This document shows positions 1 through 11,056 of a DNA stretch of 35,445 nt, piece after piece. Source of the DNA: Verrucomicrobiales bacterium. GTDB taxonomy: Bacteria > Verrucomicrobiota > Verrucomicrobiia > Limisphaerales > JAFMIX01. Position numbers and translations under genes: made by a program. Within the stretch, counting starts at the first letter, position 1. The number at the start of each line of letters is the position of its first letter. The stretch covers positions 1-35,445 of the forward strand of contig JAFMIX010000003.1 of NCBI GenBank assembly GCA_017853785.1, written 5' to 3'. The notes beneath the pieces are model-generated. The model searched no databases. It saw only the letters and a program-made list of their open reading frames with translations, and had not been told where the DNA came from.

Positions 1-354
1 GGCGCCGCTGACACCGCGTTGGGCGCAGTCCTTGATGATGCCGGGCACGGTGGGCGGCGGGGTGATGATGACGGCGAGATCGGGCGGGGCGGGGACGGCG
101 GTGATGCTGGGATAGGCCTTGAGACCGAGGACGGTGTCGCGCTTGGGGTTGACGGGATAGAGTGCGCCGGGGAAGCGGCCCTTCTGGAGATTTTCCAGGA
201 TGGTGCGGCCCACGCTGCCGGGGGTTTCGGTGGCGCCGATGACGGCGATGGATTGCGGGGCGAAGATGGCGTCGAGCGGCTGCGAGTGGGGATGCAGGAG
301 GTTGTGAGTCCAGTCCGTTTGCGGCGGTTTGGAAGTAGGTAAAGATGATTTCAT
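1..354 (-). CDS. Acetate-CoA ligase family / Pat-like (acyl-CoA ligase-GNAT) protein, N-terminal CoA-binding domain, partial (runs off window)
   Basis: Manual translation from ATG at 354: MKSSLPT...[30 protein letters not shown]...[20 protein letters not shown]...[22 protein letters not shown], typical of the CoA_binding_2 domain. Not in the ORF track because the stop lies outside the window. Confidence 0.85.
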   Translation of the reverse strand, partial: MKSSLPTSKPPQTDWTHNLLHPHSQPLDAIFAPQSIAVIGATETPGSVGRTILENLQKGRFPGALYPVNPKRDTVLGLKAYPSITAVPAPPDLAVIITPPPTVPGIIKDCAQRGVSGA

Positions 355-589
355 GATTAAAAATTAAGTTGCAGTTAAGGTCGCGATTTAGCGGCCGGCT
401 GCCTACACGCAGGTTGGCCTAAGCCAAACAGATTTTGCCCGACTTGTGGGGCAGAAAAGAGCCGGCGATGGGCGGCGAGCGGCGAGTTAATGGGGGTGAT
501 GGCCTTCAAATGAACTCTGAACGGGCGAGCTTTTTTCCTTCCATCTGCCAGCCTGCATCCGCCATCCTCTCGGCGCAATGATAGAAGGC

Positions 590-1129
590 ATGAAACTCTC
601 AACTTTGTCCATCTTGCTCGGCTTGGGTCTCGCGTTGCCGCAGGTTTACGGGCTGCTGCAACCGGCGGCGTTCCAAGCGGCGGTGCGCAAGTTTCCCCGC
701 TCGGTGCCGTGGGGCGTGGCGTTGATGCTGCTGGCGACGGCTTGGTTTGTATGGAATGTGACGCAGGAGGCGGATGCAGATTTCGCGGCGCTCAAGCCGT
801 ATCTGCTGGCGGGGTTCGTCGGGGTAGGCGTGGGCGCGTGCATTTTTGTGCAGGATTTTTTGGCGGCGCGCGGGCTGGCGGTGGTTTTTCTGCTGCTCGC
901 AAAACTGATGGTGGACACGGCGCGGTGGGCGGACACCGACTGGCGCTGGGTCATCAGCGGCTGGGCTTATGTGCTGGTGGTGGCGGGAATCTGGTTCACG
1001 GTTTCGCCTTGGCGGCTGCGCGATGTGCTGGAATGGGGCACGGCCACCGAGGCCCGGGTCCGGGCGGGTTGCGCGGCGCGGTTGGCATTCGGTATTTTTG
1101 TGGCGGTGCTGGGGCTGACGGTGTTTTAG
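590..1129 (+). CDS. Hypothetical integral membrane protein (about 5-6 TM helices)
   Basis: Hydrophobic ORF (MKLSTLSILLGLGLALP...). GAAGG precedes ATG 590; alternative start 578. Confidence 0.8.
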   Translation: MKLSTLSILLGLGLALPQVYGLLQPAAFQAAVRKFPRSVPWGVALMLLATAWFVWNVTQEADADFAALKPYLLAGFVGVGVGACIFVQDFLAARGLAVVFLLLAKLMVDTARWADTDWRWVISGWAYVLVVAGIWFTVSPWRLRDVLEWGTATEARVRAGCAARLAFGIFVAVLGLTVF

Positions 1130-1146
1130 AAACAATTTTTCCGGCA

Positions 1147-2247
1147 ATGAAAATAATGGTCATTGACGACGAAGAAGGTTTGCGGCTGATGATGCTGCAG
1201 GCGTTGCGTCAGCGTGGTTACGAGGTGGTCGGCGCCTCCGGCGGCACTGCGGGCGTGGAACTCGCGCGGAAGGAGTCGCCCGAGCTCATCATCTGTGACG
1301 TCAATATGCCGGTGATGAACGGTTATCAGACGTTGCAGGCCATCCGCGATCATCCCGCCACTGCCAACACTTCGGTGATCCTGATGACGGGCCAGGCGGG
1401 CAACGCCGGGATGCGGCAAGGCATGGAACTGGGCGCGGACGATTATCTGCCGAAGCCGTTCTCCACCGCAGGGCTGTATGCGGCGGTGGAGGCTCGGGTG
1501 AAGAAAATCCAAGCCCTCCGCGCCGAAGCGGAAAAGAAACTTGCCGATTTACGGGATAACATCAGCCTGATGCTGCCGCACGAACTCCGCACGCCCCTCA
1601 ACGGCATCCTGGCCTACGGCGATATCCTGCAGTCGGACGCCGCCAGCTTGCAGCCCGGCGAAATCGCGGAGATGGGGCAAGTCATCGCCGAATCCGGCCG
1701 GCGGTTGCACCACCTCATCGAAAATTTTCTCATCTACGCCCAGATCGAAATCCTGCAGGGCGATTCCCAAAAAGTCGCCGCGCTCCGCAAGGGCCGCACC
1801 CACCAGACCGCGCAATTGATTCAGCAACACGCGATTCAGCAGGCGGGAGCTGCCGGCCGGGCGGGCGATCTGTTGGCGGCGGAGGTGGCGGATTTGCCGT
1901 TGGCCATCGCGGAGAATTATCTCTGCAAGATCGTGGACGAACTGGTGCACAACGCTTTCAAATTTTCTCAGGCCGGCTCGCTCGTGCGGGTAGCCCTCGC
2001 AGCGGACGGCAACGAAGCGGTGTTGACCATCGCGGATGGCGGCCGCGGGTTGGATCCCGAGCACATCCGCAAGGTGGGCGCGTATATGCAGTTCGAACGG
2101 AAGTTCCACGAGCAGCAGGGGCTAGGGCTCGGGTTGACCATCGCGCGACGCCTGGTGGAAGTCCACGGCGGCAGCCTTGTGCTCCACAGCGAACGCACCC
2201 AAGGCACGACGGTGACGGTGAAAATTCCCCTCGCGCCTGCGGCTTGA
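1147..2247 (+). CDS. Hybrid response regulator receiver - histidine kinase (REC-HisKA-HATPase)
   Basis: KIMVIDDE, LIICDVNMP, ADDYLPKPF (receiver); LPHELRTPLNG (H box); ELVHNAFKFS, DGGRG, GLGLGL (ATPase boxes). Start 1147 rather than 709. Confidence 0.93.
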   Translation: MKIMVIDDEEGLRLMMLQALRQRGYEVVGASGGTAGVELARKESPELIICDVNMPVMNGYQTLQAIRDHPATANTSVILMTGQAGNAGMRQGMELGADDYLPKPFSTAGLYAAVEARVKKIQALRAEAEKKLADLRDNISLMLPHELRTPLNGILAYGDILQSDAASLQPGEIAEMGQVIAESGRRLHHLIENFLIYAQIEILQGDSQKVAALRKGRTHQTAQLIQQHAIQQAGAAGRAGDLLAAEVADLPLAIAENYLCKIVDELVHNAFKFSQAGSLVRVALAADGNEAVLTIADGGRGLDPEHIRKVGAYMQFERKFHEQQGLGLGLTIARRLVEVHGGSLVLHSERTQGTTVTVKIPLAPAA

Positions 2248-2248
2248 A

Positions 2249-3082
2249 CTACGCCGGATAAAGCCGGGGTAACCAGCGTTCCACCAGCGCTCCAAGCAGA
2301 TAGACCACCACGATGCCCATTACCGGCGCGAAATCCATGCGGCCGAACCGCAGCGGCACCCAGCGCAGCGGTGTCAGCAACCGGCGCGAGGTGTGGTTCA
2401 CGTAATTCCACAGCGGATGGCTGCCGAAATAAACGTAGCTGTTCAAGAAGTAAAGCAGGAGCAGCCCGGCGATAACGTGTTTCCAGATCAGGCACGCGCC
2501 GACGCCGATGAGCAGGCCTTGTTTCACCGCCGCTCCAACTGTCACCGCCGCCGGGAGGATATCCCACCAGTTAAGCAGGGGGCTCAAACCCAGTCGCAGC
2601 AGCAACACCGCGCCGATCGGCAGGACCAATTTCACCAGCCACGGCAACCGCTCGAACCAGCCGAGGTGGCTGCGCACGAATTTTTGCAGCGGCTCCGTGT
2701 CTGGCACGGCGCGGTTGACCAGCGACAGCAGCAGCAGGGCGAGATAGAAACTCATGAGCGTCGCCCCAAAACTGCAGAACGAGAACAGCAGCATTCGGCC
2801 CAAGAGTTCACTGCGGAAGGGTATGACAATGGCCACGAGGTCCAATTGGGGAATCCAGTTCACTGCCGCGCCGATCCACCAATAGATGAGCGCGCGCAGC
2901 AGCAGCAGGCCAGCCAGGCCGATGAGATATTTGCGCCGCACCACCGTGGTCGTGCCCGCCTGGCGCAACGTGCGCACCAGCGGCGTGGCGGAGTTTTGCA
3001 GCAACGCGCCCGAGGTCACATCCCGCCAGCCCAGCCACAACAGCAGCACGGCCAGATCGAGGATGGAATGAATCAGGCCCAT
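2249..3082 (-). CDS. YggT family membrane protein (apparently two YGGT-like repeats)
   Basis: Multi-TM protein ending in ...LLTPLRWVPLRFGRMDFAPVMGIVVVYLL, a YggT-type motif. Directly downstream of sucD. Confidence 0.7.
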   Translation of the reverse strand: MGLIHSILDLAVLLLWLGWRDVTSGALLQNSATPLVRTLRQAGTTTVVRRKYLIGLAGLLLLRALIYWWIGAAVNWIPQLDLVAIVIPFRSELLGRMLLFSFCSFGATLMSFYLALLLLSLVNRAVPDTEPLQKFVRSHLGWFERLPWLVKLVLPIGAVLLLRLGLSPLLNWWDILPAAVTVGAAVKQGLLIGVGACLIWKHVIAGLLLLYFLNSYVYFGSHPLWNYVNHTSRRLLTPLRWVPLRFGRMDFAPVMGIVVVYLLGALVERWLPRLYPA

Positions 3083-3092
3083 GGGAATTTCA

Positions 3093-3127
3093 AATCACGA
3101 ATATGAGATGTCGAATCATTCGTGATT
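3093..3127. other. Intergenic hairpin between sucD and yggT-like gene
   Basis: AATCACGAAT (3093-3102) pairs with ATTCGTGATT (3118-3127). Confidence 0.5.
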
Positions 3128-3153
3128 CGCAACTGCGCCATTCGCAATCTGCC

Positions 3154-4056
3154 TCACATCATCTTCAACAATGTGTCCGCCATCTCGCTCGGCGTGACGG
3201 CGACGCCGATGCCGGCGGCTTTGAACGCGGCGATCTTCGCTTCGGCCGTGCCTTTGCCGCCGCTGACGATCGCACCGGCGTGGCCCATGCGGCGTCCGGG
3301 CGGGGCGGTCGTTCCCGCGATGAATCCGGCCACGGGTTTCTTGCAGTGCTTCGCGATCCACTCGGCGGCTTCCTCTTCGGCGCTGCCGCCGATTTCGCCG
3401 ATCATGATGATGCCATGCGTCTCGGGGTCGTCATTGAAAAGTTTGATGATATCCAGATGCGACGTGCCGTTGACGGGGTCGCCGCCGATGCCGACGCAAG
3501 TGCTCTGGCCGACGCCGCGCGAGGTGAGCTGCCACACGGCTTCGTAGGTCAACGTGCCGGAGCGGGAGACGACGCCGATGTTGCCTTTCTTGTGGATATA
3601 GCCGGGCGCGATGCCGATGCGGCAGCCGCCGTGGGAATCCTTGCCATCGCCGGGCGTCACGATGCCGGGGCAGTTCGGGCCGATGAGGCGGGTCTTGGCG
3701 TTGCCCTGCATGGCGCGCTTGACTTTAACCATGTCGTTTACCGGAATGCCTTCGGTGATGGCGACGGCGAGTTCAAGACCGGCGTCCACGGCTTCAAGGA
3801 TGGCGTCGGCGGCGAAGGGGGGCGGGACGAAGATAGCGCTGGCAGTCGCGCCGGTCTGCCGGGCGGCTTCGGCGACGGTGTCGAAGATAGGGACTTTTTT
3901 TCCGCCGTGCTCGAAGCATTGGCCGCCTTTGCCGGGCGTGACGCCGGCGACGACGGCGCTGCCGTAGTCTATGGAGAGTTGGGCGTGCCGGGCGCCGAAG
4001 CTGCCGGTGATACCTTGGATGAGAACTTTGGTGTTGGCTTTGACGAGGATAGACAT
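3154..4056 (-). CDS. sucD: Succinate--CoA ligase alpha subunit
   Basis: MSILV...[44 protein letters not shown] (phospho-His). Confidence 0.98.
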   Translation of the reverse strand: MSILVKANTKVLIQGITGSFGARHAQLSIDYGSAVVAGVTPGKGGQCFEHGGKKVPIFDTVAEAARQTGATASAIFVPPPFAADAILEAVDAGLELAVAITEGIPVNDMVKVKRAMQGNAKTRLIGPNCPGIVTPGDGKDSHGGCRIGIAPGYIHKKGNIGVVSRSGTLTYEAVWQLTSRGVGQSTCVGIGGDPVNGTSHLDIIKLFNDDPETHGIIMIGEIGGSAEEEAAEWIAKHCKKPVAGFIAGTTAPPGRRMGHAGAIVSGGKGTAEAKIAAFKAAGIGVAVTPSEMADTLLKMM

Positions 4057-4075
4057 GGGAAATTGGTGCTGGAGT

Positions 4076-5281
4076 TTATTTGCCGACGGCTTTGACAACC
4101 TTCTGCGCCGCGTCGGCCATGGAGTCGCCGGTGATGAGGGTGAGGCCGGATTCGGCCAAGGTTTTCTTGCCGGCGGCGACGTTGTTGCCTTCGAGGCGGA
4201 CAACGAGCGGGAGTTTGAGGCCGGTTTCTTTCACCGCCGCGACGATGCCGGTGGCAATGACGTTGCAATCCATGATGCCGCCGAAGATGTTCACGAGGAT
4301 GCCCTTCACGTTCGGGTCTTGCAGGATGATCTTGAACGCGGCGGAAACCTGTTCCTTGCTTGCGCCACCGCCGACATCGAGGAAGTTCGCGGGCATGGCG
4401 CCGTAGTGCTGGATGATGTCCATGGTGGCCATGGCGAGGCCAGCGCCGTTGACGAGGCAGGCGATGGAACCATCGAGCTTGATGTAGTTCAGGGAATATT
4501 TGCTGGCCTCGGTTTCCAGCGGCGCTTCCTCGGCGAGGTCGCGCATGTCTTGAATGTTTTTCTGGCGGAAGAGGGCGTTGTCATCAAGGCTAACTTTGGC
4601 ATCCACGGCGCTGAGGGCTTCCTTGCCGTCCGGGCCGGTGACGATGCAGAGGGGGTTGATCTCCACCATGCTGGCGTCGCATTCCCACCAAGTTTTATAG
4701 ACATTGATGAGGAGCTTGATGCCGGAGTTGAAGGCGTCGCCTTTGAGGCCGAGGGCGGCGGCAATTTTCCGGGCCTGGTAGGGCATGATGCCGACGGCGG
4801 GATCGATGGTTTCCTTGAAAATCTTTTCGGGATGTTTTTCGGCTACTTCTTCGATGTCCACGCCGCCTTCGGTGCTGGCCATGATGATGGGGCGGGAGGT
4901 GGTGCGGTCGAGGAGGACGGCGAGGTAGAGTTCTTTTTTGATTTCCGGCGCGGCGGCGATGAGGAGTTTGCTGACGAGGCGGCCTTCCGGGCCGGTCTGC
5001 TTGGTGACGAGCACCTGGCCGAGCATGGCTTGGGCTTTGGCTTGGACGTCCTCCGCGCTTTTGCAGAGTTTGACGCCGCCTTGGAAGCCGGACTTGAAGG
5101 TTCCCTTGCCCCGGCCTCCCGCATGAATCTGGGATTTGACGACGACCAGATGGTTGCCGCCTTGGAAGAGGGTTTCGGCGATGGCGCGGGCTTCCTCGGG
5201 TTTGGTGACGACGGCGCCGGTGGGAACGGTGACGCCGTGGGTGGCGAGGAGTTGTTTGGCTTGGAATTCGTGGATGTTCAT
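4076..5281 (-). CDS. sucC: Succinate--CoA ligase (ADP-forming) beta subunit
   Basis: [58 protein letters not shown]. Confidence 0.98.
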   Translation of the reverse strand: MNIHEFQAKQLLATHGVTVPTGAVVTKPEEARAIAETLFQGGNHLVVVKSQIHAGGRGKGTFKSGFQGGVKLCKSAEDVQAKAQAMLGQVLVTKQTGPEGRLVSKLLIAAAPEIKKELYLAVLLDRTTSRPIIMASTEGGVDIEEVAEKHPEKIFKETIDPAVGIMPYQARKIAAALGLKGDAFNSGIKLLINVYKTWWECDASMVEINPLCIVTGPDGKEALSAVDAKVSLDDNALFRQKNIQDMRDLAEEAPLETEASKYSLNYIKLDGSIACLVNGAGLAMATMDIIQHYGAMPANFLDVGGGASKEQVSAAFKIILQDPNVKGILVNIFGGIMDCNVIATGIVAAVKETGLKLPLVVRLEGNNVAAGKKTLAESGLTLITGDSMADAAQKVVKAVGK

Positions 5282-5359
5282 TTGGTAAATTGACGGGGCC
5301 GGCAAATCGCCGGCGCTGAAACGGAGAAGGGGCCGGCCCTGTGCCGTCCCTCCTGATGA

Positions 5360-6652
5360 TTACTTTCGCTCCTTGATGGGAACGTATTGCTGGTTGACCG
5401 GACCGACATAGACCTGGCGCGGGCGGCTGATGCGGCCGGCGGGTTCTTCCATGACTTCGCGGTAGTTGGCAATCCAGCCAGGCATCCGGCCGATGGCGAA
5501 GATCACGGTGAACATTTCGAGCGGGATGCCAAGGGCGCGCATGATGATGCCGCTGTAAAAGTCCACGTTCGGGTAGAGTTTACGCTCGATAAAATAGGAT
5601 TCCTTGAGTGCGGCTTCCTCGAGTTTCTTGGCAATGTCGAGGAGCGGGTCGTTGATCTTGAGTTTGGCGAGGACTTCGTCGCACGCCTTCTTGATGATCT
5701 TGGCGCGGGGGTCGTAGTTCTTGTAGACGCGGTGGCCGAAGCCCATGAGCTTCTTGCCGCTGTTCTTGTCCTTGGCGGCGTTGATGAATTTGCAGCCGTC
5801 GTCGCCGGAGGCATGGATTTCGCCGAGCATTTCGAGCACGGCCTGATTGGCCCCGCCGTGGAGCGGTCCCCAGAGGGCGCACACTCCGGCGGCGCAACTG
5901 GCGAACATGTTGGCTTTGCTGGAGGCGACCATGCGGACGGTGGAGGTGGAGCAGTTTTGTTCGTGGTCGGCGTGCAGCAGGAAAATGAGGTCGAGGGCGC
6001 GCACGACTTCGGGGTCGAGCGGATATTCCTCGTAGGGCTTGGAGAACATCATGTGCAGGAAGTTCGCGGTGTATTTGAGTGCGGGCTTCGGATAGTTGAT
6101 GGGCAGCCCGTGGGACTTGCGATAGGCGAACGCCGCGATGGTGCGCACTTGCGAGATCAGCCGGGCGGCTTCGATCTCAAAATGATTCTTGTGCATGCTC
6201 GTGTCGAGCAGCTCGGGATAGAAGCAACTGACGGCGTTAATCATTGAGGAGAGGATGGCCATCGGGTGGGCGTGGCGGGGGAAGCCCTCGAAGTTGTGCT
6301 TCAGGTCCTCGTGCAGGAGTTCATTCTGCGTGAGCAGGTCGGAGAAGCGTTTAAGCTCGGCGCTGTTCGGGAGCTTGCCCATGATGAGCAGGTGGGCGAC
6401 TTCAACGAAGGTGGACTTCTCGGCGAGTTCCTCGATGGGGATGCCGCGGTAGCGCAGGATGCCCAGATCGCCGTCGATGAAGGTGATCTTGCTCTTGCAC
6501 GCGCCGGTGTTTCCGTAGCCTTCGTCGAGCGTGATGTGGCCGGACTGGGCGCGGAGTTGGGAAATGTCCACGGCGCGCTCGCCTTCGGTGCCGATGAGGG
6601 TGGGGAGGGAGTAAGTTTTTCCGTCGAGTTTGAGTTCCGCGTTGCTGCTCAT
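5360..6652 (-). CDS. gltA: Citrate synthase
   Basis: [42 protein letters not shown]. Confidence 0.98.
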   Translation of the reverse strand: MSSNAELKLDGKTYSLPTLIGTEGERAVDISQLRAQSGHITLDEGYGNTGACKSKITFIDGDLGILRYRGIPIEELAEKSTFVEVAHLLIMGKLPNSAELKRFSDLLTQNELLHEDLKHNFEGFPRHAHPMAILSSMINAVSCFYPELLDTSMHKNHFEIEAARLISQVRTIAAFAYRKSHGLPINYPKPALKYTANFLHMMFSKPYEEYPLDPEVVRALDLIFLLHADHEQNCSTSTVRMVASSKANMFASCAAGVCALWGPLHGGANQAVLEMLGEIHASGDDGCKFINAAKDKNSGKKLMGFGHRVYKNYDPRAKIIKKACDEVLAKLKINDPLLDIAKKLEEAALKESYFIERKLYPNVDFYSGIIMRALGIPLEMFTVIFAIGRMPGWIANYREVMEEPAGRISRPRQVYVGPVNQQYVPIKERK

Positions 6653-6829
6653 AAATATTGTGGCGGCGCGACCAAGCCGGGTCGTGACTACCGCCCATTA
6701 AAGTAGGGAAGGCACCGCAGTTTCGCAACCTTGCAATTGAAAATCTTGGGCTGATTCCGGGGAATTTTTCCCGGGCGCGGCGGTCATTTTTCTTGAATCA
6801 GACGGCGACGGCGGTCAGATTGCGCCCCA

Positions 6830-7816
6830 ATGAAACGATTCGCCGCTGCGGTTTGTTGCGCGCTGGCGCTGACGATGGTCGGCGGCGTGACCCTGTCTGC
6901 GCGGGCGGAGCTGCGGGCGGTGAAGTTGTTTGGGCGGGATCACGTGCGGGTGCGGGACTGGGCGGCGGCGAACAAATTCCAAGTTCGCTGGCTCGAGCCT
7001 GACCGGCGCGCGCTGCTGACCAACGCCACCCACCGCTTGGTGCTCACAGCCAACTCCCCGCAGGCGGAACTCAACGGCATCAAAATCTGGCTCGCGTTTC
7101 CTGTGGTCGCCAGCGGCGGCGGGCTTTGCCTCAGCTCCGTGGATTTGCAGACGACGGTGACGCCTTTGCTGTTTCCGCCACGAAATCCGTCGGGCCGAAA
7201 AGTCAAAACCATCGTGCTCGACCCCGGCCACGGGGGCAAAGACCCCGGCAACCGCGTCGGCGCCGAAGCCGAAAAAAAATACACGCTTCTGCTGGCCCAG
7301 GAAATCAAGGACTTGCTCAAGCCGTCCGGCGTAAAAGTTGTCTTCACGCGCACCTCGGACAAGTTTGTTGAACTAGCTGACCGCCCCGCCAAAGCCCAGC
7401 AGGCCGGAGGGGATCTGTTTGTAAGCCTGCATTTCAACGCCACGGCGGAGGGTCGCAACGAAGTCCAAGGCTCGGAGGTTTACTGCCTCACGCCGGTCGG
7501 AGCCACCTCGACGAACACCCGCGGTGAGGGCAACACTTCCCGTGTGGCCGGCAACCGCCACAACGACCAGAGCACGCTGCTCGCTTACCAGATCCAGAAG
7601 GCCCTCCAAGCCGGGACCGTGAGCGAAGACCGTGGCGTGCGGCGGGCGCGCTTCGCCGTCTTGCGCGATGCCGCCATGCCGGCAGCGCTGGTCGAGGCGG
7701 GCTTCATGTCGCATCCCGTGGAAGCGAAGAAGATTTTCAACAGCACCTCGCGCCGCGAGATGGCCCGCGCCATTGTCAAGGGCATCCTTGCCTACAAGCG
7801 CGATGTTGGAGGGTGA
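6830..7816 (+). CDS. N-acetylmuramoyl-L-alanine amidase (Amidase_3) with signal peptide
   Basis: LDPGHGG.DPG, EKKYTL, FVSLHFNA, ALVEAGFMS zinc/catalytic motifs; N-terminal signal peptide. Confidence 0.93.
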   Translation: MKRFAAAVCCALALTMVGGVTLSARAELRAVKLFGRDHVRVRDWAAANKFQVRWLEPDRRALLTNATHRLVLTANSPQAELNGIKIWLAFPVVASGGGLCLSSVDLQTTVTPLLFPPRNPSGRKVKTIVLDPGHGGKDPGNRVGAEAEKKYTLLLAQEIKDLLKPSGVKVVFTRTSDKFVELADRPAKAQQAGGDLFVSLHFNATAEGRNEVQGSEVYCLTPVGATSTNTRGEGNTSRVAGNRHNDQSTLLAYQIQKALQAGTVSEDRGVRRARFAVLRDAAMPAALVEAGFMSHPVEAKKIFNSTSRREMARAIVKGILAYKRDVGG

Positions 7817-7904
7817 AATTTCTTTCTAATCACAATCGTTCTCGTAATCCTGATCCCGTTCGGAGTGCGCAAGATTTCAGTGCGGATTAAATGATGATTT
7901 GACC

Positions 7905-8456
7905 ATGAGCATCGCCACCAAGACTGGAGACCAAGGCCTGACCGGCCTGATGTATAACCGTCGTGTCTCCAAATGCCATCCGCGCGTCGAAGCCTACGGC
8001 GCGGTGGACGAATTAAACGCCGCCCTCGGTTTGGCCCGCGCCACTGCCCTCCACAATTTCGTCCGCGCCAACATCCTCACCATCCAAAAAGACCTGGTCA
8101 TCGTCATGGGCGAACTCGCCACCGGGCTCGAGGATCTGCCGCGCTACGCCCAGGACGGCTTCACGCTCGTCACGCCCGCGTTGACCGTGAAGTTGGATGC
8201 GCTCGTCACAGAAATCGAGGCGCAGAAAGTTTCCTTTGCCGGCTGGGCCACGCCCGGCGCGACGGAAAATTCCGCCGCGCTCGATGTCGCCCGCACCACC
8301 TGCCGCCGTGCCGAGCGCCGCGTCTGCGGCCTGCAGGAAGCCGGGCAGTTGCAGAACGACGAGATCGTCATCTACCTGAACCGGCTCTCCGATCTGCTGT
8401 GGCTCTTCGCGCGCTGGGTGGAGACGCATCAACCGGAGGCGCCAAAAATTTCATAA
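7905..8456 (+). CDS. PduO-type cob(I)yrinic acid a,c-diamide adenosyltransferase
   Basis: MSIATKTGD.G.T, RVEAYGAVDELNA, ARTTCRRAERR, YLNRLSDLLW. Confidence 0.93.
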   Translation: MSIATKTGDQGLTGLMYNRRVSKCHPRVEAYGAVDELNAALGLARATALHNFVRANILTIQKDLVIVMGELATGLEDLPRYAQDGFTLVTPALTVKLDALVTEIEAQKVSFAGWATPGATENSAALDVARTTCRRAERRVCGLQEAGQLQNDEIVIYLNRLSDLLWLFARWVETHQPEAPKIS

Positions 8457-8510
8457 CGCTCCGGGCGTCGGAAAAACTCCGCTCGTCAAGCCGCCGCTTC
8501 GGTAGTAAGG

Positions 8511-10331
8511 ATGGTTTGTGCAACGGTGGACGAACAAACCGGTGGTGGCGGCGGGGCTTGGGTTTGTTCGCCACAACTGGCCGCGGGCGCTCCGCTGCGG
8601 GAGCGGTTTCAATTCAAGGAGGAGGCCTTTCATGTTTTTCTGGCAGGCATTGTCGGTCTGATCGGCGGGCTGGTGAACTTGGGTTTCTTTTACGCCACTG
8701 ACTGGGTCAAGCGTTTGGTTCACATCATGCCCGGCGATCCGTTGGCGGTGGCGTAGCGGATGGCCGATTCGTAGCGGATTTTAGGCCCCGCTGTGGGCGG
8801 ATTTGCGGCGGGTTTGTTTTTATATTGGGGTTTGCGGTTGGTCGGCCGCCAAGGCTCGACCAATCTGTTGGAAATGGTGGTGGCGGGCGACGGGCGGTTG
8901 CAATTCCGCACGGAATTGGTCAAGACGTGGTCGTCGCTGGTGAGCCTCGCCACGGGAGCGTCCATCGGACGCGAGGGTGGCATCACCTAGCTTTCCGCCA
9001 CGCTGGCGTCCTAGCTGAGGCAGTGGGCGGCGTGGCCTCCGTATCGGCTGCGGTTGCTGGTGGGCTGCGGCGCGGCTTCAGGCATTGCGGCGGCCTACAA
9101 CGCGCCCATCGCCGGCGCGGTCTTTTCGGCGGCGACCGGGCTGGGCAGTTTTTCAATCAATCTGTTCGCGCCGCTCGTGTTTTCTTCCGTCATCGCAGCG
9201 ATGGTTTCGCGGAGTTTTTTCGGAATGGGGCCGGTTTACAAAGTGCCGGTCGTTCCGCTGACCAGCCCCTGGCAACTTGCGTGGTTCGTGCCCCTGGGAA
9301 TCTTGAGCGGCGGCGTCGGGGCGTTTTTTCTGAAAGTGCTGCGGGAATCCGAAAAACAATTTTCCCGCTGGAACTGGCCAGTTTATCTGCGGCTGCCGGC
9401 GGCGGGTCTGCTGGTGGGCTTGCTCGCGGTGGCGTATCCGGGGGTTTGTGGCAACGGCTATTCTGTCACCAACCGCATCCTGCACGAAGGTTTTTTGAGC
9501 GAGCCCCAGCCGCTAGTCTGGCTCGGCGGATTGTTTCTGGCGAAGCTGTTTGCCACCGGCTGCACAGTCGGCGCGGGCACGGTGGGCGGGGTGTTTACGC
9601 CTACGCTGTTTTTGGGAGCGAGCGCGGGGGCGTTGTTCGGCAGTTTGCTGCATTTGGCCGGAGGAGCGTTGCTACTGCCGACGAGCGCGTTCGCGTTGGT
9701 CGGCATGGGTGCGGTGCTGGCGGCGACGACGCGGTCGCCGTTTCTGGCCATGATCCTGATTTTTGAATTGTCCTTAAATTATGAGATCGTGCCGTCGCTC
9801 ATGCTGGCGTGCGTGGTGGCCATCCTCGTCGCTCAGCCGTTGCACGGGGCGTCTATCTACACGGAACAACTGGAGCGCCGGGAATTGCTCTCGGGCGCCG
9901 AAAGCCGCGCCACCGGGGCGACCATGGGGCAAACCGTGGGCGGCCGGCTACTCCCGCCCGTGCAGCCGGTCGCGGATTACGCGCGTCTCAAGAACATCGC
10001 CGCCCGTTTTCTGACCGGCCCGAATAATTTCCTGCCGGTGGTCGACTCGCACCAACGGCTGGTGGGGGTGGTGGCGTTGCAGGATCTGAAGGACTTCCTA
10101 AAAACCGAACGCGTGCTTGACGCTGTCATCGCTAGCGATGTGATGCGCCCGCCGCCACCCTGCCTCGTTCCCGGGCAGCGGTTGCTGGATGCCTTGCCGG
10201 TGGCGGCGAGCGAATTGAAAAAAATTCCTGTGATCAACAGTCACGCGAAACACCGGTTGGTGGGCTCGGTCTCCCGGACCGAAGTGTTGGTGCTCTTCAG
10301 CGAAGCGCTGGCGGCGGAAACAAAATTCTAG
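8511..10331 (+). pseudogene. ClC family chloride channel/H+ antiporter with C-terminal CBS pair, interrupted by four in-frame TAG codons
   Basis: ORFs 8511, 8793 and 9054 share one frame. TAG at 8754, 8772, 8988, 9012. Motifs SIGREG, GAASGIAAAYNAPIAG, GGVFTPTL; CBS-like LPVVD..RLVGVV. Confidence 0.8.
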
Positions 10332-11056
10332 CGTTTGTCCCGGGGCTGAGCCGTGAACGTCAGAAACATTTCGGCGCCGTGGCGGTGGGCGGAACGCAAT
10401 CCCATCGGAACGGCGGCGGCTAACTTCAAGCAGCCCGCCCCGTCCGCAATCGTCGGTGCATGCCGGCCACCAAAAATTTTCGGGCAAACGGTTAGGTGCA
10501 GTTCGTTCACCAGTCCGGCGCGGAGCAGCGCGGCATTCAATTCCCCGCCGCCTTCGCAGAGCAGCCAGCGCACGTTCCATTTCGCCCGGAGCCAGCGGAG
10601 CGCGGCTGGGAAATCTATTTCCGTTGCGCCACAGATTTTCACCTCCGCACCGCGCGCGCGCAGCGCGGCGAGTTTTTTTGAGGACGCAGATTTCGTGGTG
10701 AGAATGATGACGGGCGAAAACTTATGGCGGAAAATTTCCGCGCGCGGATTCACGCTGCCGCTGCGGCTGACGATGATGCGCAAATTGTATTCCGCGAGCC
10801 CGCGCTTCAGCCGCTGCCGGCGGAAGTTTGGCGCGCCCGGCCCGAGGTTCACGGCGTTCTCATCCACCGTGCGCGCGCCGGCCATCACGGCGTCGGCGGT
10901 GGCGCGGAGTTTGAGAAGATGGTCGTGATCGCGCTTGCTGCCGAACGACGCAACGGCGCGGTTGGCCGTGGCGATCTTGCCGTCCGCCGTCATCGCCATG
11001 TTAATGAAAACAAACGGCAATTCTTGCTTCCGAATCCTGACTCCTGACTGCTTCAT
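10328..11056 (-). CDS. RibD C-terminal (reductase) domain / dihydrofolate reductase family protein
   Basis: PFVFINMAMTADGKIA, LRATADAVMAGART, LLCEGGGELN, VNELHLTVCPKIFGG. Overlaps the queA stop by 4 nt. Confidence 0.88.
   Translation of the reverse strand: MKQSGVRIRKQELPFVFINMAMTADGKIATANRAVASFGSKRDHDHLLKLRATADAVMAGARTVDENAVNLGPGAPNFRRQRLKRGLAEYNLRIIVSRSGSVNPRAEIFRHKFSPVIILTTKSASSKKLAALRARGAEVKICGATEIDFPAALRWLRAKWNVRWLLCEGGGELNAALLRAGLVNELHLTVCPKIFGGRHAPTIADGAGCLKLAAAVPMGLRSAHRHGAEMFLTFTAQPRDKR

Noticed and set aside
709-1146. N-terminal extension of the kinase as a sensor domain
   Set aside because: It is an off-frame overlap with the upstream membrane gene and has a Gly/Arg-rich shadow composition.
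8511-10331. Genome-wide TAG reassignment or pyrrolysine
   Set aside because: TAG serves as the normal stop for several genes here (1129, 2249, 10328, 10331, 32819). No other gene has internal TAGs, and no pyl genes are in the window.
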